A stretch of 64,000 bases of DNA, taken from the NCBI RefSeq assembly GCF_049116215.1, contig NZ_JAGDZB010000001.1:459678-523677 (forward strand), given 5' to 3'. This DNA comes from Shimia sp. (GTDB lineage Bacteria; Pseudomonadota; Alphaproteobacteria; Rhodobacterales; Rhodobacteraceae). A program made the translations under genes and the position numbers. Positions 18,633-29,219 of the stretch are shown here, piece by piece; the stretch's first letter is position 1, and each line of letters starts with the position of its first letter. The notes under the pieces are model-generated. The model ran no database searches. It was not told the DNA's origin and was given only the letters and a program-made list of their open reading frames with translations.

Positions 18633-19203
18633 GGAACTGTTGCGTTAATCTTCCGAGGCCGAATTGATGTGGTCGAAGTGCGGATCATGACGACGAATAA
18701 CTTCCTAAATCACGCGCTGATAGGCGCAGGCTTTTTCTGCCACAATGGGCACGAGCCTGTGCAAGCGGTCGCGTTCAATGGCCCTGTTCAGAAAGGCCTT
18801 GTTGGCTTTTTCATCTCATAGGGCTGTGAGCCGGAAGTCAAACATCTGGCCGTTGGCATCGACAGCGCGCCAGAGATAGTGCCACTTACCACCGACGCGG
18901 ATGTAGGTTTCACCTAAGTGCCAGTCGACGCTAGCACAGCGCAGGTGTTTCTTAGTTAATTTGAACAGTTCATTGCCGAACTTCTGAACCCACCGAGGGA
19001 CTGTCGATCTGTCAACGTCGACGCCCCGTTCGGCCAGCAGATCGACAACGTTTTTGTAGGATAGCGGAAACCGAAGATACCAACGAACAGCGCACCGAAA
19101 AATCTCACGCGGGAAGTGGTGGTGTTTGAATGGTGATCTACGGGATATTCGCAACCTCAAAACACAGAACGTCACCAAAGTTGCCGATGACTGCAACAGT
19201 CCC
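18633..19203 (-). mobile_element. Internally deleted, inactivated IS6-family element (571 bp)
   Basis: Terminal IRs GGAACTGTTGCG (18633, +) and GGGACTGTTGCA (19203, -); transposase remnant AVRWYLRFPLSY...WHLGETYIRVGG with DET changed to GET and in-frame stops at 18816 and 18705. Confidence 0.88.
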
Positions 19204-19499
19204 GGCTGCATAGCTTGATCTAAGTTCGAAGGCTTGGCCAGTTTCCGATCGCGGTTTTTCAGATTTTCGGTCAGTGTCGTCATTTTAAAGCCCCAAGTTC
19301 AATCCCTGAAGCAATGCATGTCTACGTTGCGCAGGTCACAAACCAGCAAACGATTTCGCATGCGCCCGTTTGAAGCTGGCCTCTCGCTTACTCCCACAAA
19401 TCACAGAACTGGCTTACGCCACACTTTATGCCACGCAAAGTTACGCGATACCTAGCAAAGCACCCGATTACTCAACTGAAAATGACATTAAATTTGATT

Positions 19500-19576
19500 T
19501 GGTGACCCCGGCAGGATTCGAACCTGCAACCTGCCCCTTAGGAGGGGGCTGCTCTATCCAGTTGAGCCACGGGGCC
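19500..19576 (-). tRNA. tRNA-Arg (anticodon CCT)
   Basis: GGCCCCGTGGCTCAACTGGATAGAGCAGCCCC-CTCCTAA-GGGGCAGGTTGCAGGTTCGAATCCTGCCGGGGTCACCA, 77 nt with encoded CCA. Confidence 0.97.
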
Positions 19577-19653
19577 AAGCAGGGGCGTTTTAGCGCCGCC
19601 GCTCGTGTTTGTCATCCGGCGAATTGCCTGAACTATGGGCCAATCACATGCGT

Positions 19654-20136
19654 TCAGAGGTGCCCGTCAAACGCAGCCACAACCTGTTCATAAACCTCGC
19701 GCTTAAACGGCACGATATTGTCCACCAACTGATCCGCTGGCAGCCAGCGCCACTCAGAAAACTCTTGGTGATCCAGGGCAATATCAACCTGATCGTCCCG
19801 GCCATGAAACCGCATCAGATACCACTTCTGTTTCTGGCCGCGATATTTGCCTTTCCAGATACGCGATACAATCTCCAGCGGCAGATCATAGGCAATCCAG
19901 CCCTCAGTCTCCGCCTCGATGGTCACCAGATCTGCGGACACACCGGTCTCTTCTTCCAGTTCGCGCAACGCCGCCGCGCGGGGCTTTTCGCCCTTGTCGA
20001 TCCCGCCTTGCGGCATCTGCCAGGCTGGCTCCTTGCTGTCGATCCGCTGCCCCACAAACACGCCACCGTCTGCGTTCACCAGCATCACACCCACATTCTT
20101 GCGATACGGCAGTTTTTCCAGCTCTTCAGGGGTCAT
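19654..20136 (-). CDS. rppH: RNA pyrophosphohydrolase RppH (Nudix)
   Basis: [17 protein letters not shown], Nudix box [21 protein letters not shown]. Confidence 0.95.
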   Translation of the reverse strand: MTPEELEKLPYRKNVGVMLVNADGGVFVGQRIDSKEPAWQMPQGGIDKGEKPRAAALRELEEETGVSADLVTIEAETEGWIAYDLPLEIVSRIWKGKYRGQKQKWYLMRFHGRDDQVDIALDHQEFSEWRWLPADQLVDNIVPFKREVYEQVVAAFDGHL

Positions 20137-20204
20137 TTGCGCACTCCAAACACAGATCTCTCCCCGTCCTAGCGAAGCGCTTCCCCTGACGCAATGCGCC
20201 TGGG

Positions 20205-20262
20205 TTTCTCCTGCCTCAAATATCCCGGGGAATCACAGCCTGCTGTGACGGGGCAGCGCCCC
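20205..20262 (-). repeat. REP-like intergenic element, copy A
   Basis: Minus strand GGGGGCGCTGCCC-(hairpin)-TTCCCCGGGATATTTGAGGCAGGAGAAA. Confidence 0.6.
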
Positions 20263-20319
20263 CAAAACCAAAACGGGCGCCCCACTTGGGACGCCCGCAA
20301 ATCTCACGCCTCGCGCAGG

Positions 20320-21657
20320 TTACTCTTTTGGACCCAGCGCCGACAGGCCGGTCAGGATGTCCAGCGCGTAAGCCAACTGATAATCCTCTTCGCGCAGCTT
20401 GGCCGCCTCATCCGCCTTGGCACGATCTTCTTCGATCTGGCGGATCTCGTCCTCGGTCAGGCTGTCGTTGTTGAGGCTCCCACGCAGGTCCGCCTCAGAG
20501 CGGGTGCGACGGTTGGTGTCTTCTTCTTCCTCAGGTGTCGCATCCACACGGCGCGGCTGTTCCACCACGATGTCCGGGCTCACACCCAGCGCCTGAATGG
20601 AGCGCCCAGATGGCGTGTAGTACCGCGCGGTGGTCAGACGCATCGCGCCATCGCCGCGCAGCGGCATCACGGTTTGAACCGAGCCTTTGCCAAAGCTCTT
20701 GGTGCCCACCACAATCGCACGACGGTGATCTTGCAGCGCACCAGCCACAATTTCAGACGCGGAGGCAGAGCCACCGTTGATCAGCACAACAATCGGTTTG
20801 CCTTCGGCCAAGTCCCCCGGCTGCGCATTGTAGCGTTCACCATCCTCTGGGTTCCGGCCCCGGGTGGAAACAATCTCCCCCTTTTCCAGGAACTCATCGG
20901 AGACTTTGATCGCCTGTGTCAGTAGGCCACCCGGGTTGTTGCGCAGATCGAGAACAATCCCGTTCACGTTTTCCATGCCACCCAGCTCTTCAACTTGCTC
21001 TTGGAAGCCGCTGATCAGGTTTGGCGTGGTCTGATCGTTAAAGGTCGTGACACGCAGCACGACGCTGTCGCCAACGTTGCGGCTGCGCACAGCGGTGAGC
21101 TTGATGGTGTCGCGCACGATGGTCACGTCAAATGGCTCAGGTTCGCCTTCGCGCACCACGGTGATCACAATCTCGCTGCCCACCGGACCACGCATCTTTT
21201 CAACCGCTTCGTCCAGGGTCAGCCCCAGCACACTTTCGCCGTCCACATGGGTGATAAAATCACCCGCTTCCATGCCAGCCGCATCCGCAGGGGTGTCATC
21301 AATCGGAGAGACAACTTTCACAAATCCCTCTTCCTGTGTCACCTCAATGCCCAGACCGCCAAACTCGCCACGGGTCTGCACTCGCATGTCATCCGCGTCA
21401 TCCGGGCTGAGATAACTGGAATGCGGGTCCAACGAGGTCAACATACCGTTGATGGCCGCTTCGATCAGGTCAGCATCGTCCACCTCTTCCACATATTGAA
21501 TGCGGATGCGCTCAAAAATGTCACCAAACAGGTCAAGCTGTTCATAGACATTGGACTTGCGAGCACTCTCCTCTGCCAACAGTGGCCCGGCCACCTGTGT
21601 GGTGACCAACAATCCGGCCACAATGCCTCCCGCAGCAGCGGCGACGAATTTCTTCAT
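20320..21657 (-). CDS. ctpA: Carboxy-terminal processing protease (S41)
   Basis: PDZ domain, LDLRNNPGG, SASASEIV, TKSFGKGSVQ. Confidence 0.95.
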   Translation of the reverse strand: MKKFVAAAAGGIVAGLLVTTQVAGPLLAEESARKSNVYEQLDLFGDIFERIRIQYVEEVDDADLIEAAINGMLTSLDPHSSYLSPDDADDMRVQTRGEFGGLGIEVTQEEGFVKVVSPIDDTPADAAGMEAGDFITHVDGESVLGLTLDEAVEKMRGPVGSEIVITVVREGEPEPFDVTIVRDTIKLTAVRSRNVGDSVVLRVTTFNDQTTPNLISGFQEQVEELGGMENVNGIVLDLRNNPGGLLTQAIKVSDEFLEKGEIVSTRGRNPEDGERYNAQPGDLAEGKPIVVLINGGSASASEIVAGALQDHRRAIVVGTKSFGKGSVQTVMPLRGDGAMRLTTARYYTPSGRSIQALGVSPDIVVEQPRRVDATPEEEEDTNRRTRSEADLRGSLNNDSLTEDEIRQIEEDRAKADEAAKLREEDYQLAYALDILTGLSALGPKE

Positions 21658-21661
21658 AGAC

Positions 21662-22807
21662 TTATCCATCCTCATTCGTTTGGAACCACAATTCCGGGTC
21701 CACAGGCGCTTTGCCTTCTCTGACCTCTATATAGAGCGTTTCTGAGCGCGTATTGCCAGAGGCATCACCAGACTGTGAGAGAATTGCGCCACTTTCCAGC
21801 CCATTTCCTCCCATCAAACCAATTGGCGTGCCTTCTGGGATCACTTCGCCCGCATCGCCATAGACCTGCGCCAACCCGCCCATGACAAAGAGTACGCCGG
21901 GTTGCGGCTCAAGGATCATCACATTTCCGTAGTCGAGCAGCGGGCCGCGAAACCGGATTGTCGCCGCTGTGGGCGCAACCACCAGCGCGCTGGGCCGTGT
22001 TGCCAAAACCAAGCCCGGGCGGCGAATCCCTGCGGCATCGGCTTCTCCGGCCCGGCGCAGCACGCTCGCATCCACCGGCAGCTGCAAGCTGCCCTTGCGG
22101 TCCAACACATCCGGCAGGTCAATTTCCTGCATGCCCTCGACCTGCAAATCCACCAGGGCGCTGGCAAAGCCTTCGAGCGTTTCCGTGGAGGCAATCATCA
22201 ACGCAGTCTGCACCGGGTCTTCGATAAAGCGTTTGGGCAAATCGGTGCGATCGGCAATGGCTTTAGACAGCTCGGTGCGTGCGTCCTGAGCACCTTCCAA
22301 CCCGCCTTGCAACGTCTCAGCTGCGCCTTCTTGCAGGCTGCGCAGGATAGTCACTTCTTCCAAGTCACGCCGCAGCTCCACCGCGCTCTTTTCGAGTGCC
22401 GGTGTCACATCTGCCAAAATCATCCCGGACCGGGCTGTGCCCATAGGACCACCCGGATGCACCAAAATCACTTCAGGCGGGCCTTTTCCCATACTCTGCA
22501 AAACCCCCAAAAGTCGGGCAATCTCAGCCTCTTGCGCCTTGAGCTGTTTGGACAATTGCGCTTCGCGAATGGCCGCGCGCCGCAATCCGGCCCGCAAAGC
22601 GGTCAGGCCAGTCTCATAAGCTTGCACCACACCGGTCAGGGATTTCACCCGATCACGCCCACCCTTGGCCTGCGCCAAGGCAACAGAGGCCGCCTCAAGC
22701 TGATCCACAGCCGCCCGCGCCGCCGTGGCCGGATCAGGCTCCGCCCAAGCCGGTACCGCCATCAACGCCAAAGACGCCGCAAAGATATGCCTGCGCAGCT
22801 GTCTCAA
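21662..22807 (-). CDS. envC: Murein hydrolase activator EnvC family protein
   Basis: Signal peptide, long coiled coil, degenerate M23 domain (LYIEVR...PVDP); between gpmI and ctpA. Confidence 0.88.
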   Translation of the reverse strand: MRQLRRHIFAASLALMAVPAWAEPDPATAARAAVDQLEAASVALAQAKGGRDRVKSLTGVVQAYETGLTALRAGLRRAAIREAQLSKQLKAQEAEIARLLGVLQSMGKGPPEVILVHPGGPMGTARSGMILADVTPALEKSAVELRRDLEEVTILRSLQEGAAETLQGGLEGAQDARTELSKAIADRTDLPKRFIEDPVQTALMIASTETLEGFASALVDLQVEGMQEIDLPDVLDRKGSLQLPVDASVLRRAGEADAAGIRRPGLVLATRPSALVVAPTAATIRFRGPLLDYGNVMILEPQPGVLFVMGGLAQVYGDAGEVIPEGTPIGLMGGNGLESGAILSQSGDASGNTRSETLYIEVREGKAPVDPELWFQTNEDG

Positions 22808-24321
22808 ACGATCAGGCTCTCCCCTGTCATCTCTTCTGGTTTCTCAATGCCCATTAGCTGCAACAGGCTCGGCGCCAGATCGGCCAAACGACCAGCCCGC
22901 AGGCCCGCACCTTCCGGCCCGTTCACCAGCACCACCGGCACCAAATTGGTGGTATGCGCCGTGTGCGGCCCGCCGGTCTCGGGATCAACCATAACTTCGC
23001 AATTGCCATGATCCGCAGTGACAATCATCGCCCCGCCGACCTTCTCAAGCGCCGCGCGTACTTTGCCCAAGCCGCGATCCACCGCCTCACAGGCCGCCAT
23101 CGCGGCCTCAAGACTGCCAGTGTGCCCCACCATGTCGGGGTTGGCAAAATTGGTCACAATCAGATCGTAGCCATGTTCAATCGCAGCCACAAATTTCTCC
23201 GTGACCTTGTCCGCGCTCATTTCCGGCTGCAGATCATAGGTCGCCACCTTCGGCGACAGCGGCATAAACCGGTCCTCGCCCTCAGAAGGTGTTTCTGCGC
23301 CGCCGTTAAGGAAGAAAGTCACATGCGGATATTTCTCGGTTTCGGCCAAACGGAACTGCGTCTTGCCTTGCTTGGCCACCCATTCGCCCAGCGTGTTTCT
23401 GATCTCTTGTTTGGGATAGGCGGTAGTCATGTAGCTGTTGTGCTGATCCGAATAGTTGACCATGCCCAAAACCGCGGCCCACGCAGGACGTGCGGACGCA
23501 TCAAAAGCGTCAAATGCCGGCTGCGCCAGCGCCGCCAAAATTTCCCGTGCCCGGTCAGCCCGGAAGTTCAGGCAGAAAAACCCGTCGCCATCCTTCGCGC
23601 CGGCGTAGTCGCCAATTGTGGTTGCAACGATAAACTCGTCGCTTTCATCGCGCGCATAGGCCTCTTCAACCGCCGCAATCCCGTCTGCCGCGCGATGCAT
23701 CGCCTCGCCAGTCACCCAAGCGCCAAAGGCCTGAGACACCCGCTCCCAACGGTTGTCACGGTCCATGGCATAGTAGCGCCCGGTCACGGTGCCAACTTTG
23801 GCGCCTTCCGGCATCTGCGCCTGCAGAGTGGCAAAGTATTCCAGCGCGGACTTCGGCGCCACGTCACGGCCGTCGGTCACCGCATGCAACACAACCGGCA
23901 CGCCAGCCTCCGCAATCGCCTTCATCGCCGCCAACACATGAGTGATATGGCCATGTACGCCACCGTCGGAGACCACGCCCATCAAATGCGCCGTCCCGCC
24001 GGTCTCTTTCAGCTTGGCAATAAACGCCTGTAGAGCAGCATTTTCAAAGAACGATCCATCCTCAATGGCCAGATCTATCTGACCCAGATCCATCGCCACC
24101 ACACGGCCTGCGCCGATGTTGGTATGGCCCACTTCAGAATTGCCCATCTGCCCGCTTGGCAGGCCAACATCCGGGCCATGGGTGATCAGCGTTGCAGACG
24201 GCCCGTCCGCCATCATCGCGTCAAAGTTCGGTGTTTTGGCCAGATAGGGCGCGTTTGCCTCGGTTTGATCAGACAGCCCCCAGCCGTCCAGAATGCACAA
24301 TACAACGGGCTTTGGCGCCAT
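22804..24321 (-). CDS. gpmI: 2,3-bisphosphoglycerate-independent phosphoglycerate mutase
   Basis: ILDGWG, MGNSEVGH, NFANPDMVGH, TADHGN, HTAHT. Confidence 0.98.
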   Translation of the reverse strand: MAPKPVVLCILDGWGLSDQTEANAPYLAKTPNFDAMMADGPSATLITHGPDVGLPSGQMGNSEVGHTNIGAGRVVAMDLGQIDLAIEDGSFFENAALQAFIAKLKETGGTAHLMGVVSDGGVHGHITHVLAAMKAIAEAGVPVVLHAVTDGRDVAPKSALEYFATLQAQMPEGAKVGTVTGRYYAMDRDNRWERVSQAFGAWVTGEAMHRAADGIAAVEEAYARDESDEFIVATTIGDYAGAKDGDGFFCLNFRADRAREILAALAQPAFDAFDASARPAWAAVLGMVNYSDQHNSYMTTAYPKQEIRNTLGEWVAKQGKTQFRLAETEKYPHVTFFLNGGAETPSEGEDRFMPLSPKVATYDLQPEMSADKVTEKFVAAIEHGYDLIVTNFANPDMVGHTGSLEAAMAACEAVDRGLGKVRAALEKVGGAMIVTADHGNCEVMVDPETGGPHTAHTTNLVPVVLVNGPEGAGLRAGRLADLAPSLLQLMGIEKPEEMTGESLIV

Positions 24322-24432
24322 GATCACTTGCTCCAATAGGTAAGTCGGCCTCAATTACAGGGGTTCTACCGCGCAGGCTGCCGTGAAGGAACCGGTTTTT
24401 ATAGAGAAGCCCACTCGTAGAGTGATGACCGC

Positions 24433-26472
24433 CTACCTTCGCCCCTCGCGCAACCAGCCCATCAGGATGAACCCGGACGCCATAAGCAGCACAAGCCACC
24501 CCGGCAACAATGGCGCGCGCGCCACATCCAGCGTCTCAAATGCCTCCCTCGGCGTCAGGCCAATCCAATTGCGACCCGCCGCCGGGCGCCCGTCACGCAC
24601 ATTGCGTACCCCCGGCACGCCGTCCTCCAACATCAACGCCCCGCCTCGCGTGGCTTCAAGCAAGGGAGCCAACGCCTCCGCGCTGGCAATTGTGGTCTCA
24701 AACTCCCGCGGTGCCGCGGGCCCCAGCCCCACCACGGTTTCCATGTCATCTTGGGCAAGGCGATAAAGCCCCATTTCCGGCCCTTCATAGGTGGTCTCAA
24801 AATGCCCCGGCGTGCCCTCTCGCATCTCCAGCGTCACGGTCTCACCACTTGGCGTGGTGATAGTCAGCGGGCCAACAGCCTCTTCCAGACTGCGCCGCAC
24901 AATCCGCAGCGTCTGACCTGTGGGCTCTGCCGAAAGCGCCTCTTCCTCAAGCTCAGGCTCACCCATCATCCAATGCGCCAAGCGCCGCAACAGCTCCAAC
25001 TGCGGACCGCCGCCTTCATAGCCCCGTGCCCAAAGCCACGCATGATCCGAGGCCAACAGCGCCACGCGTCCCTCTTCCACTCGGTTGAGCACCAGCAAAG
25101 GTCGATCCTCGCTGCCGGTCATCAAGACATCGCCCGAGTCGGGCGTCACCTCGATCTGGCGCAGCCAGCGCCCCCAAGTCTCTTGATCCGGCAAGCCCGC
25201 CGTCACCGGATGGCGCGCGCCAAGATCAGAAACAGATGGCGCATAAGCCTCTTCAATCACCCGGGCGGTTGGGCTGGCGGGCAACACTTCGGCCAAAGGT
25301 GAGCGATAAATACTGTCTGCTGAAGCATAATCCGGTCCCGCGGCAACCAGTACGGCGCCGCCCTTGCGCACGTAATCCGCCACGTTCTCCAGATACAGAG
25401 ACGGCAAAATCCCGCGCCGCTGATAGCGGTCAAAGATGATCAGATCGAAATCTTCAACCTTCTCCAGAAATAACTCCCGCGTCGGAAAGGCAATCAACGA
25501 CAACTCGCTCACCGGCACGCCGTCTTGCTTTTCCGGAGGCCTCAAAATGGTGAAATGCACCAAATCCACACTGGCGTCCGACTTCAGCAGGTTGCGCCAA
25601 GTCCGCCCGCCCGGATGCGGCTCACCGGACACCAACAATACGCGCAACCGATCCCGAACCCCGTTAATCTGTACCAGCGCCGCATTGTTGCGATCGGTCA
25701 GTTCGCCCTCGGCCATCGGCACTGAGAACTGGATCACGTTGCGCCCGCCGTGGGAGAGCGTCACCGGCAGATCAATATCGCGATCCAAAGGTACAGAGAA
25801 CCGCTGCGGATCGTCGCCGTCGATGGAAATATCCACCTCCACACGGTCTGCATCGGTGGGTGCTGCGCCTGTGTCTTCAATCCGGAGGGTCAGCGTCACT
25901 GGCTCGCCCAGGATGGCAAAGGCAGGCGCATTCTTGATGCTCAACCGCCGATCCCAATCGCCGTTACGCCCGGATTGCAGCAAATGAAATGGCGCTGGCA
26001 GGTCGGGCGCGCGGTCCATGTCGTGCACCTGACCGTCACTCAGCGCAACAATGCCTGCGATACGCCCGCGCGGCTCCTGGGCCAAAGCTTCAGACAGCGC
26101 CGCCATCATCTCGGTGCCGCCGTCACCATCCGCGTCGCGTACATCAATCCGGCGCACTTCGGTGTTGTCCCGCGCGGCCAGCCGCGCCGCGAGCGCCGCA
26201 GCCGCCTCTTCGGTCTGTGCCTCGCGGTCACTCAGCCGCTGGCTGGCGGAGCCATCCACCAGCATCAGCACAATGTCACTCAACGGCGCGCGGTTCTCGG
26301 TCTGCAACACCGGCCCCGCCAAGGCCGCCAAAATCACCAATCCCGCCGCCCCGCGCCAGGCCCATCCAGCCAAACCTCGCCACAGCGCCACCGAAATGGC
26401 CAATGCACTCAGCACCGCCAAAACCGCCAACAGCCACAGCGGCACAATCGGATCAAACACCACGCCCGTCAT
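24433..26472 (-). CDS. Membrane protein with vWA-like (DGSAS) and class I glutamine-amidotransferase-like domains
   Basis: N- and C-terminal TM helices, LVDGSAS MIDAS, DLIIFD/GGAVLV GATase-like segment; last gene of the MoxR cluster. Confidence 0.75.
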   Translation of the reverse strand: MTGVVFDPIVPLWLLAVLAVLSALAISVALWRGLAGWAWRGAAGLVILAALAGPVLQTENRAPLSDIVLMLVDGSASQRLSDREAQTEEAAAALAARLAARDNTEVRRIDVRDADGDGGTEMMAALSEALAQEPRGRIAGIVALSDGQVHDMDRAPDLPAPFHLLQSGRNGDWDRRLSIKNAPAFAILGEPVTLTLRIEDTGAAPTDADRVEVDISIDGDDPQRFSVPLDRDIDLPVTLSHGGRNVIQFSVPMAEGELTDRNNAALVQINGVRDRLRVLLVSGEPHPGGRTWRNLLKSDASVDLVHFTILRPPEKQDGVPVSELSLIAFPTRELFLEKVEDFDLIIFDRYQRRGILPSLYLENVADYVRKGGAVLVAAGPDYASADSIYRSPLAEVLPASPTARVIEEAYAPSVSDLGARHPVTAGLPDQETWGRWLRQIEVTPDSGDVLMTGSEDRPLLVLNRVEEGRVALLASDHAWLWARGYEGGGPQLELLRRLAHWMMGEPELEEEALSAEPTGQTLRIVRRSLEEAVGPLTITTPSGETVTLEMREGTPGHFETTYEGPEMGLYRLAQDDMETVVGLGPAAPREFETTIASAEALAPLLEATRGGALMLEDGVPGVRNVRDGRPAAGRNWIGLTPREAFETLDVARAPLLPGWLVLLMASGFILMGWLREGRR

Positions 26473-29219
26473 TGGCCCAACCGATCCAGCAACGCAGGCA
26501 CATGCACCTGATCGCTTTTATAATTCCCTGTCAGCACATGCATGATCAGGTTCACCCCAAACCGATAGGCCAGCTCGCGTTGCCGCTCTCCGGCCCGTCC
26601 ACGTCCCACCGGGAACAAGGTGTTGCCACGTGTGTCCACCGCCCAGGCCGCGCCCCAGTCATTGCCGCCAATCACCACCGGCGTGACCCCGTCATTCAGA
26701 TTGCGAAATGGCATGCCTTCAATCTTTTCTGCATCCGCAGGGGCTGCCTCGACCCAGACATCGCGGCTCATGTAGCGGCCCGGAAAATCTTGCAGCAGGT
26801 AAAACGTGCGCGTCAGCACATGATCTTCCGGCAGCGGATCGAGCGGCGGAATGTCCAATCCAGCGGCCAGTTTCTGCAACTTCCGCCCCGTTGGGCTGCT
26901 CGCCCCAAATCGCGCCACATCACTGTCGCGCGTGTCAAACAGGATCATGCCGCCACTGCGCAGATAGGCGTTGAGCTTTGCATAAGCCTCCCGCGATGGG
27001 CTTGGTTGGTCCGGTGTGATGGGCCAATACAAAAACGGATAAAACGCCAACTCGTCCATCTCCAGATCCACCGTCACCGGATCTGCAGGCTCCACCGATG
27101 TGCGGAAATAGAGCACATTGCTCAACCCGCGCAGCCCCGCCAGCGCGATGTCGTCCACCTCGCGATTGCCCGTGCGCACATGGCCCAGAACCACCTCCTG
27201 CGCGGCTGCCGCAGTCACGGCGCTCTCTTGTGCATAACCATCCGTGGCAGGCAGCATCAACGCCAAGGCAACAACCGCCACCCGCGCGCCCCAAAGCCGC
27301 CCGGACACAAACAAGGACGCCAGCACATCCAGCGCCAAAATCACCAAAGCCGCCGCAAGGAAATAACCCGACAAATCTGTCGTGACTGCACCGCGCAGCC
27401 CTTCCACCGGCACCGTCACCGGCCACGTCGCAGGCGCCAACTCCGTGTCAGGCGCCAACACATGCAAGGCCAAAACCTTTTCCCCATCACGATACAATCC
27501 AGGCCGCAGCTCTGGTCCGACACGCCCTTCGGCCAAGGCCTCTCCGGCCACACCCGGCAAGGTCTGCGCATCTTCCAACCTACCAAATCCATCGAGCACT
27601 TTCAGCGGTTGCCAAGTGGTGCCCGCCAAGCGCGCCTCGGCTTCTTCCCCCACAGCGCTCAGCACCGCCAGACGGTCCAGCATCTGCACAAACAGGCCCG
27701 ACAAGGGCAACCCTGACCACTCCGCATTAGCGGTCACATGCACCAGCACCACCTGCCCCTGTCCCACAGCCTTGCGCGTCACCAGCGGCGTGCCATCGCT
27801 CAGGCTGGCAATCACCCGCTCCGCCAAAGTTGGATCCGGCTGCGCCATAACCTGCGCCGTCACAGTCACCTCATCGGGCACCGGCAGGCCATAAAACGGG
27901 CTCTCCACATCAAATGGCGCGAGTGACTTGGGCTCGCCCCAACTCATCGCGCCGCCCACACTCCTGCCACCCGCGCGCAGGCGCACCGGCAACAGCGGGT
28001 CTTCTTCGGTGCGGCTGATCTCACTCGCCGCCAAACGCGGCCCGGCAAAGCGCAGCAGCAAGCCGCCGTTTTCCAGCCACTCAATCATCGCCGCTGTCTC
28101 GCCTTCGGACAAAACCGCCACATCGGCCAAAACAATCACATCCGGATTTGCGGGCAAAATGTCACTCAACGCGCCTTCAATCACATCCGCCGTCGGCACC
28201 AAGGCCTGCCGCAAATAATGCAACGGCGACAACAATTGCAGCCCCTCGCGGTCTTCCCGCCCGGCAATCAGCGCCACCTCGCGCCGCCGCAGGCTGTCAT
28301 CACTGAGCGCCACAGTGCCCGCTGATCGTACACCAGCAATCTCAAACCGCGTCAGCCGCGCGCGCAGCTCGCTTGGCAAAACAAGCGCGTTTTCACTGGA
28401 CTGCGCGCCTTCTTCAAACCCCAGCGGCAGGCTCGCCAAAACCTGCTCCGTGCCGCCCGGATCGGTGCCAATCGCAAGCGCTGTGACCTCTTGAGCAATC
28501 GCCACTTCACTGCGCTGCGCCGTCATCATAAGCTTGCCATCCTCATAGGTTGGCGGCATCAACGCCATCGCGCCACGCCCGGTCTGCACCACGCGCACAG
28601 CGCCCTTGCCCTGTAACGCTGCCAGCAAATCCTCGCGACCTTCTCGCGCCACGCCGTCCGACAGCCACACCGTGTCAAACTCGTCAGCAGCCGCCAACGT
28701 CTCAGCAAACGCAGCCATCGCTGCTTCGTCTGCTGCCCAAGCCATCGGCACAACGCCCGCCATTCGCGACTTCCACGCATCCGCCTGTAAAAACAACAGC
28801 GGTTCCGGCGCGCTCAACCGCTGCACCGCCGCCACGCGCCCATCCCGCGCCGCCTCATCAAGCAGCGCCGTGACCATATCACGCCGCGCGTCCCAATCTG
28901 GCGCCGAGGCCCAGCTGCCATCCATCAGGATCAACAGCGGCCCGCTGCCCGCCTCGCGGGTTTGTGGGTTCAGCACCGGCCCCGCAAGCCCCACGATCAC
29001 CGCCGCCACCGCCAGCATCCGCAGCAACAACAGCCACCACGGCGTGCGATCCGTGACCGTGTCCTCGTCGCTCAGCCCAAGCAACAGCACCACGCCGGGA
29101 AACCGCCGCCGGATCGGCGCAGGCGGAATCGCCCGCAAAATCAACCACAGCACCGGCAGCGCGATCAGCGCCGCCAGCACCCAAGGCGCGGTAAATCCTA
29201 TCGGCAAGCCAAAGATCAT
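26469..29219 (-). CDS. BatA domain / DUF4159 domain membrane protein
   Basis: N-terminal APW.L.L..LP...RTPWWLLLLR BatA motif; C-terminal FYPFLYW, YLRSGG, ELAYRFGVNLIMH.LTGNYKSDQ. Confidence 0.88.
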   Translation of the reverse strand: MIFGLPIGFTAPWVLAALIALPVLWLILRAIPPAPIRRRFPGVVLLLGLSDEDTVTDRTPWWLLLLRMLAVAAVIVGLAGPVLNPQTREAGSGPLLILMDGSWASAPDWDARRDMVTALLDEAARDGRVAAVQRLSAPEPLLFLQADAWKSRMAGVVPMAWAADEAAMAAFAETLAAADEFDTVWLSDGVAREGREDLLAALQGKGAVRVVQTGRGAMALMPPTYEDGKLMMTAQRSEVAIAQEVTALAIGTDPGGTEQVLASLPLGFEEGAQSSENALVLPSELRARLTRFEIAGVRSAGTVALSDDSLRRREVALIAGREDREGLQLLSPLHYLRQALVPTADVIEGALSDILPANPDVIVLADVAVLSEGETAAMIEWLENGGLLLRFAGPRLAASEISRTEEDPLLPVRLRAGGRSVGGAMSWGEPKSLAPFDVESPFYGLPVPDEVTVTAQVMAQPDPTLAERVIASLSDGTPLVTRKAVGQGQVVLVHVTANAEWSGLPLSGLFVQMLDRLAVLSAVGEEAEARLAGTTWQPLKVLDGFGRLEDAQTLPGVAGEALAEGRVGPELRPGLYRDGEKVLALHVLAPDTELAPATWPVTVPVEGLRGAVTTDLSGYFLAAALVILALDVLASLFVSGRLWGARVAVVALALMLPATDGYAQESAVTAAAAQEVVLGHVRTGNREVDDIALAGLRGLSNVLYFRTSVEPADPVTVDLEMDELAFYPFLYWPITPDQPSPSREAYAKLNAYLRSGGMILFDTRDSDVARFGASSPTGRKLQKLAAGLDIPPLDPLPEDHVLTRTFYLLQDFPGRYMSRDVWVEAAPADAEKIEGMPFRNLNDGVTPVVIGGNDWGAAWAVDTRGNTLFPVGRGRAGERQRELAYRFGVNLIMHVLTGNYKSDQVHVPALLDRLGQ

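Noticed and set aside
21902-28218. Long antisense or alternative-frame ORFs (21902-23011, 22954-24033, 25989-27716 and others)
   Set aside because: They overlap well-supported genes on the other strand and have the Arg/Pro/Ala/His-rich composition typical of GC-rich shadow frames.
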